From a phage: a stretch of DNA of 49,911 nucleotides. Shown in pieces: positions 1 through 9,065 of the stretch (the first letter of the stretch is position 1; the number at the start of each line of letters is the position of its first letter). The notes beneath the pieces were generated by a model. That model searched no databases. It saw only the letters and a program-made list of their open reading frames with translations, and was not told the origin of the DNA. The position numbers were made by a program, and so were the translations under genes. The stretch is taken from sequence record PZ445414.1. One strand, 5' to 3'.

Positions 1-1572
1 ATGCTGATATGGGAAGATTTAACAGTGGCGCAGAAACGCGCCATTAAAGAAATGAGTGAAATGTCATTTGAGAAGATGATCCGAATCTGGTTCCAGTTAC
101 TCCAGGGTCAAAAATTCCTTGGTAACTGGCATTTCAGCTATTTGTGCCATGAGGTGGAGAAAATCATTTCCGGCGAGTCGCAAAACGTGATCTTTAACAT
201 CACACCAGGCTCTGGTAAGACTGAGGTTTTCTCGATCCATATGTCGCCTTATGCGTCACTGAAAAGCAAGAAAGTGCGAAACCTAAACCTGTCATTCTCT
301 GATGGACTTGTCCAGCAGAACAGCAACCGGATCAAAGAAATTATAGGCTCTCCAGAGTGGCAGGAGTTATGGCCTGGCAAGCTGGCAAAAGCAAGCGCGA
401 AAGATCTGATTGTTCAGGACGGCAACGGCAAGGTTAAATTGCAGGTCAACTCTCGCTCCATCGGCGGACAGGTAACGGGTTTGCGTGGCGGCTATATGGA
501 TGATGGGTTTACCGGAATGTTGGTGCTTGACGATCCAGATAAACCTGACGACATGTTTTCAAAGGTGCGGCGCGAAGCGATTCACAACCGCTTAAAAAAC
601 ACCGTCCGATCTCGTCGAATGAAGGACACAACGCCTATTGTGATGGTTCAGCAGCGGCTACACGTCAACGATTCGACGTGGTTTATGACTAGCGGCGGCA
701 TGGGTGGCATTGAGTTTAAAGTTGTGAGCATTCCGGCACTGGTCACGAAAGAGTATGGCGATTCACTCCCTGATTGGTTAAAACCAGAGTTTGAGCGTGA
801 CGTGCTGAGCAGCGAGCCAGTTTACATTGACGGCGTGGCTCATTACTCATTCTGGCCTGCAAAGGAGAGTGCAAAGGACTTGCTCGCGCTACGCGAAGCG
901 GATCCGTATACTTTTGCGTCTCAGTACCAGCAGCAGCCGATAGCGCTGGGTGGTAACGTATTCAAGGTGGATTGGTTCCAGTTTTACGGCGACGGCGAAA
1001 AATGCACGCTGCCGAAACCGGATCGCTTTGAATATACGTTTATCACTGGCGATACGGCGCAGAAAGCCGGAGAGCTTAACGACTACTCTGTTTTCTGTTA
1101 TTGGGGCATGTTCAAGAATCGCGTTTACTTCATTGACGGCATCCGTGGAAAGTGGGAGGCTCCAGATCTTGAAACCAATTTCAAGGCGTTTGTCAATCAA
1201 TGCTGGAAGCGTAATAAAGAGTGCGGAAGCTTGCGACGGATCCACATAGAGGACAAAGCGAGCGGTACGGGTCTGATTCAGGGGGCGCAAAAGAGCTTGC
1301 CTATTGATATAAATCCCGTTCAGCGTAGTACGGACAAAGTTACCCGCGCAATGGATGCCGCTCCAGTTATGCGAGCCGGACGCGTTGCGCTGCCAGAGAG
1401 TCACCCGATGTTAAACGAGATTCTCGCAGAGGTAGCAGCTTTCACTTTCGACGACTCGCACCCGAACGACGATATCGTAGATAACATCGTTGATGCGGTT
1501 AACGTTGAAATGAACCTGGCAGACGATCCAGTAGCGCGAATGAAAAAGCTTGCTGGGCTACGGAAGAAATAG
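1..1572 (+). CDS. terminase large subunit (start coincides with window edge)
   Basis: 523-aa ORF; P-loop-like NITPGSGKTE near N-terminus, Walker-B-like LVLDDPDKPDD, acidic nuclease-like C-terminal half; directly follows TerS if the window is circularised. Confidence 0.8.
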   Translation: MLIWEDLTVAQKRAIKEMSEMSFEKMIRIWFQLLQGQKFLGNWHFSYLCHEVEKIISGESQNVIFNITPGSGKTEVFSIHMSPYASLKSKKVRNLNLSFSDGLVQQNSNRIKEIIGSPEWQELWPGKLAKASAKDLIVQDGNGKVKLQVNSRSIGGQVTGLRGGYMDDGFTGMLVLDDPDKPDDMFSKVRREAIHNRLKNTVRSRRMKDTTPIVMVQQRLHVNDSTWFMTSGGMGGIEFKVVSIPALVTKEYGDSLPDWLKPEFERDVLSSEPVYIDGVAHYSFWPAKESAKDLLALREADPYTFASQYQQQPIALGGNVFKVDWFQFYGDGEKCTLPKPDRFEYTFITGDTAQKAGELNDYSVFCYWGMFKNRVYFIDGIRGKWEAPDLETNFKAFVNQCWKRNKECGSLRRIHIEDKASGTGLIQGAQKSLPIDINPVQRSTDKVTRAMDAAPVMRAGRVALPESHPMLNEILAEVAAFTFDDSHPNDDIVDNIVDAVNVEMNLADDPVARMKKLAGLRKK

Positions 1573-1587
1573 CACGAATTGCTAAAA
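1568..1587 (+). promoter_or_regulatory. conserved box AATAGCAC-N5-GCTAAAA (copy 1) with TACAAT 5 nt downstream
   Basis: aatagcacgaattgctaaaa; overlaps TerL stop TAG. Confidence 0.5.
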
Positions 1588-1602
1588 GCGTGTACAATGA
1601 AG

Positions 1603-1628
1603 GCTGGACTTTTCCAGCCTTTTTTATT
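1603..1628 (+). terminator. hairpin + T-tract between TerL and portal
   Basis: ggctgga cttt tccagcc tttttt. Confidence 0.5.
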
Positions 1629-1643
1629 ATGGGAGATCAGATA

Positions 1644-2918
1644 ATGACCGAGAAAACAAAACTCGTTAAGGCTGACGGCTACAACGAGATCTTTAAGGGA
1701 GAGCAGCGAGTAGAAACGCCATTTTACATGCAGGGCGGAGTTGCGAAGCAGAGTCTTGCGACATTCTACGAGCGTGACGGGATGGCAAAGCGAATCATCG
1801 ACGTGATCCCGGAGGACATGGTTACGCCAGGCTTTAACGTTGACGGCGTGAAAGACGAGGCAGCATTCCGCTCTTTGTGGGATGAAAAGAAGCTAAACGC
1901 TAAAATCATTGACGCGCTTTGCTGGTCGCGCTTATTTGGCGGCTCCGCTATTGTCGCAGTTATCAACGATGGGCGCATGTTGAAATCTCCAGTTAAAGAG
2001 GGAGCGCCACTTGAAGATATTCGCGTTTATGACCGATTCCAGATCCGAGTTGAGAAGCGAGAAACAAACGCGCGTAGCGTGCGATACGGCGAGCCTGTTT
2101 TGTACACCATCATGCCAGGCGGCGAGATTCCAGAGTATCAGGTGCATTACACGCGAATCTGCATTATTGACGGAGAGCGCTTACCTAACGAGCAGCGCCG
2201 GAAAAATGATGGATGGGGCGCGTCAGTCCTCAACAAAAAGCTGATTGAAGCAATCCACGATTACAACTATTGTGAGGAGTTAGCAACTCAGCTTTTACGA
2301 CGCAAGCAGCAAGCAGTTTGGAAAGCTAAAGGACTCGCGGATTTGTGCGACGATGAAGAAGGCGTGTCGGCGGCGCGGCTGCGATTGGCTCAAGTTGACG
2401 ACGAGGGCGGCGTTGGTCGGGCAATCGGCATTGACGCAACGGACGAGGAATACGAGGTTCTTAACTCTGATATTTCCGGCGTAGACACTTTCCTTGAGAA
2501 GAAAATGGATCGCATCGTTTCGCTTACTGGCATCCATGAAATCATCTTGAAGAACAAAAACACCGGAGGCGTTAGCGCAAGCCAAAACACCGCGCTTGAT
2601 ACATATCACAAGCTAATTGAGCGCAAGCGCAAAGAGGACTACAAGCCGATCCTGGAGTTCCTCTTGCCATTCATGATCGCGGAGCAAGAATGGTCTATTT
2701 CGTTTGATCCGCTTTCGGTTCCAAGTAGCAAAGACCAGGCTGAGATCTTGAATAAAAACATTGAATCGATCAGTAAGGCGATTGAAGGTCAGTTTATGGA
2801 TGTTGAGGAAGGACGCGACACATTGCGCTCTATCGCTCCGTCTCTTAAACTGAAAGACGGCAACAAAATCAAGCTACCGGAGCCGGAGCAGGAGCCGGAG
2901 CCAGGAACGGAGGTTTAA
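1644..2918 (+). CDS. portal protein (putative)
   Basis: ORF immediately after TerL; ATG at 1644 preceded by GGGAGA; ~424 aa; acidic C-terminus; position/size typical of portal. Confidence 0.6.
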   Translation: MTEKTKLVKADGYNEIFKGEQRVETPFYMQGGVAKQSLATFYERDGMAKRIIDVIPEDMVTPGFNVDGVKDEAAFRSLWDEKKLNAKIIDALCWSRLFGGSAIVAVINDGRMLKSPVKEGAPLEDIRVYDRFQIRVEKRETNARSVRYGEPVLYTIMPGGEIPEYQVHYTRICIIDGERLPNEQRRKNDGWGASVLNKKLIEAIHDYNYCEELATQLLRRKQQAVWKAKGLADLCDDEEGVSAARLRLAQVDDEGGVGRAIGIDATDEEYEVLNSDISGVDTFLEKKMDRIVSLTGIHEIILKNKNTGGVSASQNTALDTYHKLIERKRKEDYKPILEFLLPFMIAEQEWSISFDPLSVPSSKDQAEILNKNIESISKAIEGQFMDVEEGRDTLRSIAPSLKLKDGNKIKLPEPEQEPEPGTEV

Positions 2919-2921
2919 TCC

Positions 2922-3671
2922 ATGAAGGTAAAAGGAATCGTTAAACAGTGGCGATTCCCCGAAGCCAGCGAGCGGCAATTAAGCCGCTCCATTAAAGAGG
3001 CTGTAAGGGATCTGGTTGTGTTTATGCGCAGCAAAACAAAGGCGATGAAGTTTGACGCTACAGATCAGGAGATCAGCAGCGCAGAGGACGAGATCAAGGA
3101 GTTCGCAAAAGAGCTTGCGCTCTCCCTGATTGGTCTGCTTCCGGCGCTCGCGTCGGCTGTATACAAGTTCAACTCAAAACAGTGGGTTAATGTTGCGAAG
3201 TCAACCGGAGGGGCTAACAATCCAGTTATCATCCTGCTAATTGCAGTCGGAGCCAATCAGGGCGAGGAATGGTATAAAACTCTATACGGCGAGTGGTACA
3301 ACATGAGTGCAGCCTCGTTTGACAAGCTTTTCACCAACATAATTAACGACTGGTCTACGAACATACGCCAGGCTAATTTCACCGGAAAGAAAGCGGAGCA
3401 GGTGAACGAGATCGCGGAGCGTCGTTTCGCTGTTTACTCCTCATGGGCTGGCAATCGCGCAACGGGAATTATTGGATCGTGGAATAGCCGCCTTATGCGC
3501 CAGAGGTTGCTAGATGCTGGGGTGAATTCTTATTACTGGCATGGCGTCATGGATGAAAGGGAGAGATTGAAACACGTACTGCTAGAGGGTAAACTGATCT
3601 CACTTAATGAGATACACATCTTTCCAGGAGAGGAGTATGGTTGCAGATGTTGGGCGATTCCAAAATGGTAG
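2922..3671 (+). CDS. head morphogenesis / minor head protein (putative)
   Basis: 249-aa ORF with SD (GGAGG) directly after portal; gene order. Confidence 0.4.
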   Translation: MKVKGIVKQWRFPEASERQLSRSIKEAVRDLVVFMRSKTKAMKFDATDQEISSAEDEIKEFAKELALSLIGLLPALASAVYKFNSKQWVNVAKSTGGANNPVIILLIAVGANQGEEWYKTLYGEWYNMSAASFDKLFTNIINDWSTNIRQANFTGKKAEQVNEIAERRFAVYSSWAGNRATGIIGSWNSRLMRQRLLDAGVNSYYWHGVMDERERLKHVLLEGKLISLNEIHIFPGEEYGCRCWAIPKW

Positions 3672-3682
3672 AGGAGAATTGA

Positions 3683-4798
3683 ATGAAAAAGGTACAGCGT
3701 TTTGATAGCGTTCAGGTGAAAGCAAAGATTGACGAGCACGGTTTTCTTGTAGACCGTCCGATTGTTGCCCGTATCGGCTTGCAGGTTTACAAAACTCCGT
3801 TTGGGGAGCGTAGAGAGTTTCGCCCTGCATCGGAGGTTTTTAAGGCTGACTCATTGGCTACGTTTTCCGGCAAGCCTGTCACAATCGGTCATGTAACGGT
3901 TACGCCGGAGAATGCAAAAGAGGTTGTAGTTGGTGCGTGTGCTGGCGCTGGCGTGCCAAACGGGATCGGCGTTGAGGTTCCGTTGAGCATTTACGACAAG
4001 CGAGCCATTCAGAGCGCGAAGAAAAAACAGACTGCGGAGTTATCGGTTGGCTACACCTCAGTTGATATTGATAAACCAGGCTGGGGGAATAATGCCACTG
4101 GTGAGTATTTCTTTGATGAAGATATGCCTGAGGGCTGGAAAGCTGACTCGGATGATTGGGTGCGATTCGATGCGGTTCAAACGAATATAAGCGTGAATCA
4201 TATCGCTATGGTGTTCAAAGGCCGCGCAGGTATCGCAAAATTAAATCTTGATAGCGAACAGGAATTCCCGTATCATGACGAGGAATTTTCAAACAAAGAG
4301 GATGAAGTTATGACCGTAAAAATCAAACTGGACGGCGCGGTAGAGTTTGACGTGCCAAAAGAGGTAGCAGCTCACATCAACGCGATCACCGCAAAAGCAG
4401 ATGCAGCAACCGCAAAAGCTGACGGCCTGGAAGCGGAGCGTGATGCACTGAAAGCAAAAGTAGACGGCATTCCGGCACAAATCGAGGCTGCGGTTGCTAA
4501 GGCAAAAGCTGATGCAGAGGCGCACGCCGAACTGGTTGCGATTGCTGGTGAGGCTGGCGTTAAGTGCGACGGCCTGGACGCAAAAGCGATCAAAGTTGCC
4601 TACGTCAAAGAGGTTACTGGCGCTGACATCGCAGAGAAAACCGACGCTTATATTGATGCTGCGTTTGATCTGGCGAAAAACTCTGATAAAATGGCAGCAC
4701 AGCGCAAAGCCATTAAAGGCGATGCAGAGAAGCAAGAGAAGCAAGACGGCGAAGATAAACCGCTGAATCCTGCGGCTCGTTTGGCTAAAGTACAGTAA
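3683..4798 (+). CDS. scaffolding protein, possibly with N-terminal protease-like domain
   Basis: 371 aa; strong SD (AGAGGAG); C-terminal half Ala/Lys/Glu-rich predicted coiled coil typical of scaffolds; position before capsid genes. Confidence 0.45.
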   Translation: MKKVQRFDSVQVKAKIDEHGFLVDRPIVARIGLQVYKTPFGERREFRPASEVFKADSLATFSGKPVTIGHVTVTPENAKEVVVGACAGAGVPNGIGVEVPLSIYDKRAIQSAKKKQTAELSVGYTSVDIDKPGWGNNATGEYFFDEDMPEGWKADSDDWVRFDAVQTNISVNHIAMVFKGRAGIAKLNLDSEQEFPYHDEEFSNKEDEVMTVKIKLDGAVEFDVPKEVAAHINAITAKADAATAKADGLEAERDALKAKVDGIPAQIEAAVAKAKADAEAHAELVAIAGEAGVKCDGLDAKAIKVAYVKEVTGADIAEKTDAYIDAAFDLAKNSDKMAAQRKAIKGDAEKQEKQDGEDKPLNPAARLAKVQ

Positions 4799-4810
4799 GG
4801 AGAAATAAAT

Positions 4811-5296
4811 ATGGCAATTCAAGCAACTTATCAAGCTACAATGTCACGCGCACTGCCTGGCCAGGTGTCCGACACCTCAGCTTATAACATTGACGGCGCT
4901 TGCGTGCTCGACGGCACTGACGGGCAGGTAAGTGTGGATCATATCCTGGTTGGTGTTGCGGTACAGCATAACGGCGTTGACTCAATGGGTAACAAAAAAG
5001 TCAAGCCTATGGCATCTGGTGGTAAGGCTTATGGCGTAGCAATCCGCTCACACTTCCAGACTACTTCCGTAGATGGTCGCATGGTTTATGAAGTTGGCGG
5101 CGGAATCAACGTAATGACTAAAGGCCGCGTGTGGATGGTTGCAGCAGGGGAAGTAAACGCCTCATTTGGTGATCAGATCAATCTTGATGATAATGGTCAG
5201 GTTGCATCTGCTGGCGAAGTAACCACTAACTGGATCGCAACTGGCGACAATACCAAGTTTGGCGATATCTTCTTGGTTGAGGTTCAGGTTCAGTAA
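4811..5296 (+). CDS. capsid decoration-like structural protein (paralog A)
   Basis: 161 aa; SD AAGGAG; shares motifs (GVAV..., KGRVW/RGRVW, FGD) with next ORF; followed by intrinsic terminator. Confidence 0.4.
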   Translation: MAIQATYQATMSRALPGQVSDTSAYNIDGACVLDGTDGQVSVDHILVGVAVQHNGVDSMGNKKVKPMASGGKAYGVAIRSHFQTTSVDGRMVYEVGGGINVMTKGRVWMVAAGEVNASFGDQINLDDNGQVASAGEVTTNWIATGDNTKFGDIFLVEVQVQ

Positions 5297-5301
5297 TATA
5301 C

Positions 5302-5328
5302 AGGCGCTCAATGAGCGCCTTTTTTATT
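5302..5328 (+). terminator. intrinsic terminator
   Basis: aggcgctc aatg agcgcct tttttatt. Confidence 0.7.
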
Positions 5329-5338
5329 GGAGGTGAAA

Positions 5339-5836
5339 ATGAGCGATTATTCATCACTGATTGGCGTGCCGTCTCCTGGATGCCTTGTTGACTCGACAAC
5401 TCATACAATAAACGGCACTGGCGTTTGCTATGACGATTATATTTTGCCTGGGGTTGTTGTAAGAATTGCCGACATGGTGGACGGATACAACATGATCGGA
5501 GTTTCTGGTGGAAAGGTTGCCGGAGTTGCTGTAAAGCCTTTTATTTGCGGAGAAGTATACGAGCAAGGAGATCCGGTTAGCGTCATATCTCGCGGAAGGG
5601 TTTGGTGTTTAACATCGTTGGATGAAGCGCCAAACTTTGGCGATCCCGTTCAGGTTGATGTGAGCGGGTTTGTTTGCAGCGATGGGATAGAGGCCGTTCC
5701 AGGATGGAAGTTTTCGGGTGAATTTGAGAGGATCGATTATGATGTTTATATTGCTGGCGTGATTCTTGATTCAGTGATCGTAAACATCCACAAAGTTAAA
5801 AGCGCTGAGATTGTCGCACCATTCGATGAAAGCTAG
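5339..5836 (+). CDS. capsid decoration-like structural protein (paralog B)
   Basis: ATG 5339 after GGAGGTG; paralogous to 4811..5296; ends with TAG that is followed in frame by an Ig-like coding segment. Confidence 0.4.
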   Translation: MSDYSSLIGVPSPGCLVDSTTHTINGTGVCYDDYILPGVVVRIADMVDGYNMIGVSGGKVAGVAVKPFICGEVYEQGDPVSVISRGRVWCLTSLDEAPNFGDPVQVDVSGFVCSDGIEAVPGWKFSGEFERIDYDVYIAGVILDSVIVNIHKVKSAEIVAPFDES

Positions 5837-6058
5837 CCACAACCAAACAACAAGCCATTTACGCTTAAGGTTAATGTCTATCCAGACTACGCAACTGATA
5901 AGACTGGAGTTTGGACTTGCTACAGTGAAGATCTGGCAGAAGTTGATCAGAATGGAAATGTTTTCCCGAAAGGCATTGGCGGCCTTTGCTTTGTTGACTG
6001 GACGGCGAACGATGGAGGAGGGGCTACAGATACCTGTGTGATTACATTTGCCGACTAA
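5837..6058 (+). CDS. in-frame Ig-like (Big_2-like) domain segment downstream of TAG; possible readthrough extension of 5339..5836
   Basis: 73 sense codons in the same frame as upstream gene, no in-frame ATG/GTG with SD; peptide PQPNNKPFTLKVNVYPDYATDKTGVWTCYSEDLAEVDQNGNVFPKGIGGLCFVDWTANDGGGATDTCVITFAD resembles bacterial Ig-like group 2 domains. Confidence 0.35.
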   Translation, partial: PQPNNKPFTLKVNVYPDYATDKTGVWTCYSEDLAEVDQNGNVFPKGIGGLCFVDWTANDGGGATDTCVITFAD

Positions 6059-6077
6059 CATAAAAACCTATTGCACG

Positions 6078-6096
6078 TTTAACAAAAAGTGCTATC
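6078..6096 (-). promoter_or_regulatory. conserved box, inverted orientation, in leader of major capsid gene
   Basis: fwd tttaacaaaaagtgctat = reverse complement of ATAGCACTTTTTGTTAAA. Confidence 0.45.
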
Positions 6097-6140
6097 ATTG
6101 AGGCTGTTAATTGCTAACAGCCTTTAAAGGAGAAAGAAAC

Positions 6141-7103
6141 ATGACTAAAAAGTATGACGAATTTGACGCTAGCGTAGTTACCGCTCACCTGCAAATGCAG
6201 GGCGTTAAGGCTGACGCTTCCGACATGGGTATCTGGACTGCGCAGGAGCTTCACAAGATCCGCTCCTCTGCATACGAAAAAGAATACCCTGTAGGCTCCG
6301 CACTGCGTGTGTTCCCTGTCACCAACGAACTGAGCGACACGGATAAGACTTTCGAATACCAGACTTTCGATAAAGTTGGCTACGCGAAAATCATCGCAGA
6401 CTACACAGACGACCTGCCAACCGTTGACGCGCTGATGTCTACTGAGTTTGGTAAAGTGTTCCGCCTGGGTAACGCGTTCCTGATCTCCATTGACGAAATC
6501 AAAGCGGGTCAGCGTACTGGTAAGAGCCTGAGCGCTCGCAAGGCAAACGCCGCGCAGAATGCTCACGATCAGCTTGTTAACTTCCTGGTGTTCAAGGGTT
6601 CCAAGCCGCACAAAATTCTGAGCGTGTTTGATCACCCTAACCTCACCAAGATTGTTGCGGCTAAACAGTGGTACGACTCAAGCACCAAGACGAAAGAGCC
6701 AGAGCAAGCTTTCGACGATCTGACTGCGGCAATCGAAGCGCTGGAAACTCAGACCAACGGGCAGCATCGCGCTACTCACATTCTGATCCCGCCAAGCGTG
6801 CGCAAAGTCCTAACGGTTCGCATGGAAAACACCACTGAGAGCTACCTGGAATATTTCCAGAAGCAGAACGGCGGTATCACCATTGAAGCAATCGCAGAGC
6901 TTGAAGATATCGATGGCTCAGGCGGCAAGGGCGTACTGGTATACGAAAAAGATCCGATGAATATGTCAATCGAGATCCCGGAAGCATTCAATATGCTGCC
7001 AGCGCAGCCTAAAGACCTGCATTTCAAAGTGCCTTGCACCTCTAAATGCACTGGCCTGACAATCTATCGCCCATTAACTCTTGTGTTAATCACTGGCGTG
7101 TAA
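6141..7103 (+). CDS. major capsid protein (putative)
   Basis: 320 aa; strong SD AAAGGAG; flanked by terminators; size and position consistent with major head subunit. Confidence 0.6.
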   Translation: MTKKYDEFDASVVTAHLQMQGVKADASDMGIWTAQELHKIRSSAYEKEYPVGSALRVFPVTNELSDTDKTFEYQTFDKVGYAKIIADYTDDLPTVDALMSTEFGKVFRLGNAFLISIDEIKAGQRTGKSLSARKANAAQNAHDQLVNFLVFKGSKPHKILSVFDHPNLTKIVAAKQWYDSSTKTKEPEQAFDDLTAAIEALETQTNGQHRATHILIPPSVRKVLTVRMENTTESYLEYFQKQNGGITIEAIAELEDIDGSGGKGVLVYEKDPMNMSIEIPEAFNMLPAQPKDLHFKVPCTSKCTGLTIYRPLTLVLITGV

Positions 7104-7108
7104 TATCA

Positions 7109-7140
7109 TGGGAGCCTCTTTGGAGGTTCCCTTTTTTTAT
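7109..7140 (+). terminator. intrinsic terminator after major capsid gene
   Basis: gggagcctc tttg gaggttccc ttttttt (one mismatch in stem). Confidence 0.6.
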
Positions 7141-7155
7141 TCAGGAGATAAAGTA

Positions 7156-7428
7156 ATGGCTAAAGAAAAAACTGTAACGCTGGTAAACTCTGGCGTTTGC
7201 TCAATTTTCATCAAAGGTGATCGCTATGTTCCAGGTGATGAAATTGAAGTCCTTGAGTCGGATCTGGAAACTTCAGGCATTGAAATGTTGATCGCTCGCG
7301 GCGATCTGAAAGTTAAGAACGACGAAGAAAAGACCGAAGAAGTAAGGGAGCGCGTTACCAAGCGCAAGAAAGCAAGCCCAACCGAGGGCAAGACGAAAAA
7401 CGAGCTTGAGGACGGCGGCGAGTTTTAA
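7156..7428 (+). CDS. small acidic structural-region protein
   Basis: 90-aa ORF with SD CAGGAG; bracketed by two intrinsic terminators; Lys/Glu-rich C-terminus. Confidence 0.4.
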   Translation: MAKEKTVTLVNSGVCSIFIKGDRYVPGDEIEVLESDLETSGIEMLIARGDLKVKNDEEKTEEVRERVTKRKKASPTEGKTKNELEDGGEF

Positions 7429-7434
7429 TAACAA

Positions 7435-7459
7435 GGGAGCCTATGCTCCCTTTTCTTTT
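7435..7459 (+). terminator. intrinsic terminator
   Basis: gggagc ctat gctccc ttttctttt. Confidence 0.65.
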
Positions 7460-7470
7460 AGGGGGAAATC

Positions 7471-7869
7471 ATGAATCAAGATGTTATTGACCAGATCGTA
7501 AAAATTGCGCCTCCTTTCGCTGGTGTTGATCCGGCCTTACTACAGGCCTGGATTGAGCTAGCGGAGGAATTTGTTTGCAAGAAGCGTTTCAAGGACTCAT
7601 ACACCAAAGCTGTTGCGCTCTACACATTGCACCTAATGACGCTTGACGGAGCCATGAAGCAAGAAGGGGAGAGCGTAGAATCTTATTCTCAGCGCGTCGC
7701 GTCATTCTCCCTGACTGGTGAATTTTCTCAGACGTTTGATCGCGTTTCTTCTGATTCATCCGGCAAGGAAATCCGACAGACTCCGTGGGGCAAGATGTAC
7801 GAGGCTTTAAACCGCAAGCGCGGCGGAGGATTTGGGCTTGTAACTGGATTGCGGCGGAGGTCTTGCTAA
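7471..7869 (+). CDS. head-tail adaptor/connector protein (putative)
   Basis: 132 aa; position between capsid and tail genes; SD GGGGGA. Confidence 0.4.
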   Translation: MNQDVIDQIVKIAPPFAGVDPALLQAWIELAEEFVCKKRFKDSYTKAVALYTLHLMTLDGAMKQEGESVESYSQRVASFSLTGEFSQTFDRVSSDSSGKEIRQTPWGKMYEALNRKRGGGFGLVTGLRRRSC

Positions 7870-8240
7870 TGAATTATGCTAACATTGCACGAATGGCTAA
7901 ATCTGGAATCGCGTTTTTCAGTGATCGTAATGGGGTGTTTAAGCTTATCACTAGCGGAGGCGGCGTTGAGATTGTCGGCGGAGTTGAGGTTGAAAAGCCG
8001 GAGCAATCCACAACAATTAAGGGGCTTATTCGAGCGCCAAAAGTCCGAGAGGTTGACGGAGAAACAATCCGTGTGACGGACAAGCTGGGAGTGTTTGACG
8101 CAGACATTGAGATCAAGAATGGGAACCAGATTGAGGTTGACGGTGAGCGATATGTCGTTGTTGAGGCAAGACCAATCAGACCAACGGGGCTAACGGTTGC
8201 TTATCGCCCGATACTGCGGAGGGTTGCGGTTCATGGCTAA
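7869..8240 (+). CDS. head-tail joining / head closure protein (putative)
   Basis: ATG overlaps upstream stop (TAATG coupling); 123 aa; gene order. Confidence 0.4.
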   Translation: MNYANIARMAKSGIAFFSDRNGVFKLITSGGGVEIVGGVEVEKPEQSTTIKGLIRAPKVREVDGETIRVTDKLGVFDADIEIKNGNQIEVDGERYVVVEARPIRPTGLTVAYRPILRRVAVHG

Positions 8241-8673
8241 CTATTCGATCCGAGAGTTTCAGGGTAATATTGACAAGTGGATAAGCGCGGTTGAGAGCGG
8301 ACTAACTGATTGCATTGAGATTTTCGGAGGTAAAGTTCAGGAGGCGCTCGTTAATGGATCGCCAGTTGATACTGGAAGATTCCGAGGAAACTGGCAGGTA
8401 ACAGCAAACGAGCCTCCGCTATACGCGCTCAACCAGTACGACAAGGACGGAAGCAAAACAATCGCATACGGAGAGCGAGCTATTCGCGCCATAATGCGCG
8501 GCGGCGGTGCGGTTCGCGCTATCTACTTTTCAAATATGCTTATCTACGCCAACGCGCTAGAATACGGACACTCAAAACAGGCTCCCGCTGGTGTTGTTGG
8601 AATCGTTGCAATTCGCTTGCGTTCATTCATGGCGGAGGCGATCAGAGAGTCGAGGGCTAAAAATGGATTATGA
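8233..8673 (+). CDS. tail completion protein (HK97 gp10-like, putative)
   Basis: 146 aa; DTGRFRGNW motif reminiscent of gp10-family neck proteins; overlaps neighbours. Confidence 0.45.
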   Translation: MANYSIREFQGNIDKWISAVESGLTDCIEIFGGKVQEALVNGSPVDTGRFRGNWQVTANEPPLYALNQYDKDGSKTIAYGERAIRAIMRGGGAVRAIYFSNMLIYANALEYGHSKQAPAGVVGIVAIRLRSFMAEAIRESRAKNGL

Positions 8674-9064
8674 TCTCATGCTGGCGGCACGCAAGGCATT
8701 CGCCGCCGAATACGAAAACAGATACGCAATCGCCTATGAAAACGTGGAGTTTACGCCTCCTGGCGATGGCTCTATGTGGTTGGCGTTTCACTACGTTGAA
8801 TCTGAGCCGTTGAGGTTGTCGCTTGATCGAAAATGCGTTTCTTACATGGGGATGGTGCAAATAAATGTCACGTTTGCGCCTGGTACTGGAACAGACAAGC
8901 CGCGCAAGCTGGCAAAAGAGATTGCTGATTTTTTCAAAGATGGTAAAATGCTGGACGTGGGCTACATCTACGAGGGCGCTAGCGTCCGGTCAGTCCAGAA
9001 ATCAGAAACGGGCTGGATTGTTCCGATCCGGTTTGTTGTAAGAGTTGACACAAAAGGAGAATAA
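8663..9064 (+). CDS. tail terminator-like protein (putative)
   Basis: 133 aa; SD GAGGG; position immediately before major tail protein. Confidence 0.4.
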   Translation: MDYDLMLAARKAFAAEYENRYAIAYENVEFTPPGDGSMWLAFHYVESEPLRLSLDRKCVSYMGMVQINVTFAPGTGTDKPRKLAKEIADFFKDGKMLDVGYIYEGASVRSVQKSETGWIVPIRFVVRVDTKGE

Positions 9065-9065
9065 C

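Noticed and set aside
889-1404. Antisense ORFs inside long genes (e.g. 889..1404, 4289..4834, 16923..17749, 28126..28485)
   Set aside because: Shadow ORFs fully embedded in well-supported genes on the opposite strand; no SD or promoter support.
1579-1584. TTGCTA of the conserved box acting as a canonical -35 hexamer
   Set aside because: Distance to the -10-like hexamers ranges from ~8 to ~23 bp across copies, incompatible with a fixed 16-18 bp spacer.
1590-1643. Upstream ATG (1590) as portal start
   Set aside because: Lies inside the box/hairpin/T-tract element; ATG 1644 has a better SD and avoids the terminator-like structure.
5811-6041. Track ORF (76 aa) in the capsid-upstream non-coding stretch
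   Set aside because: Translation is not protein-like; the same DNA in the frame of the upstream gene encodes an Ig-like domain, which is the more plausible reading.
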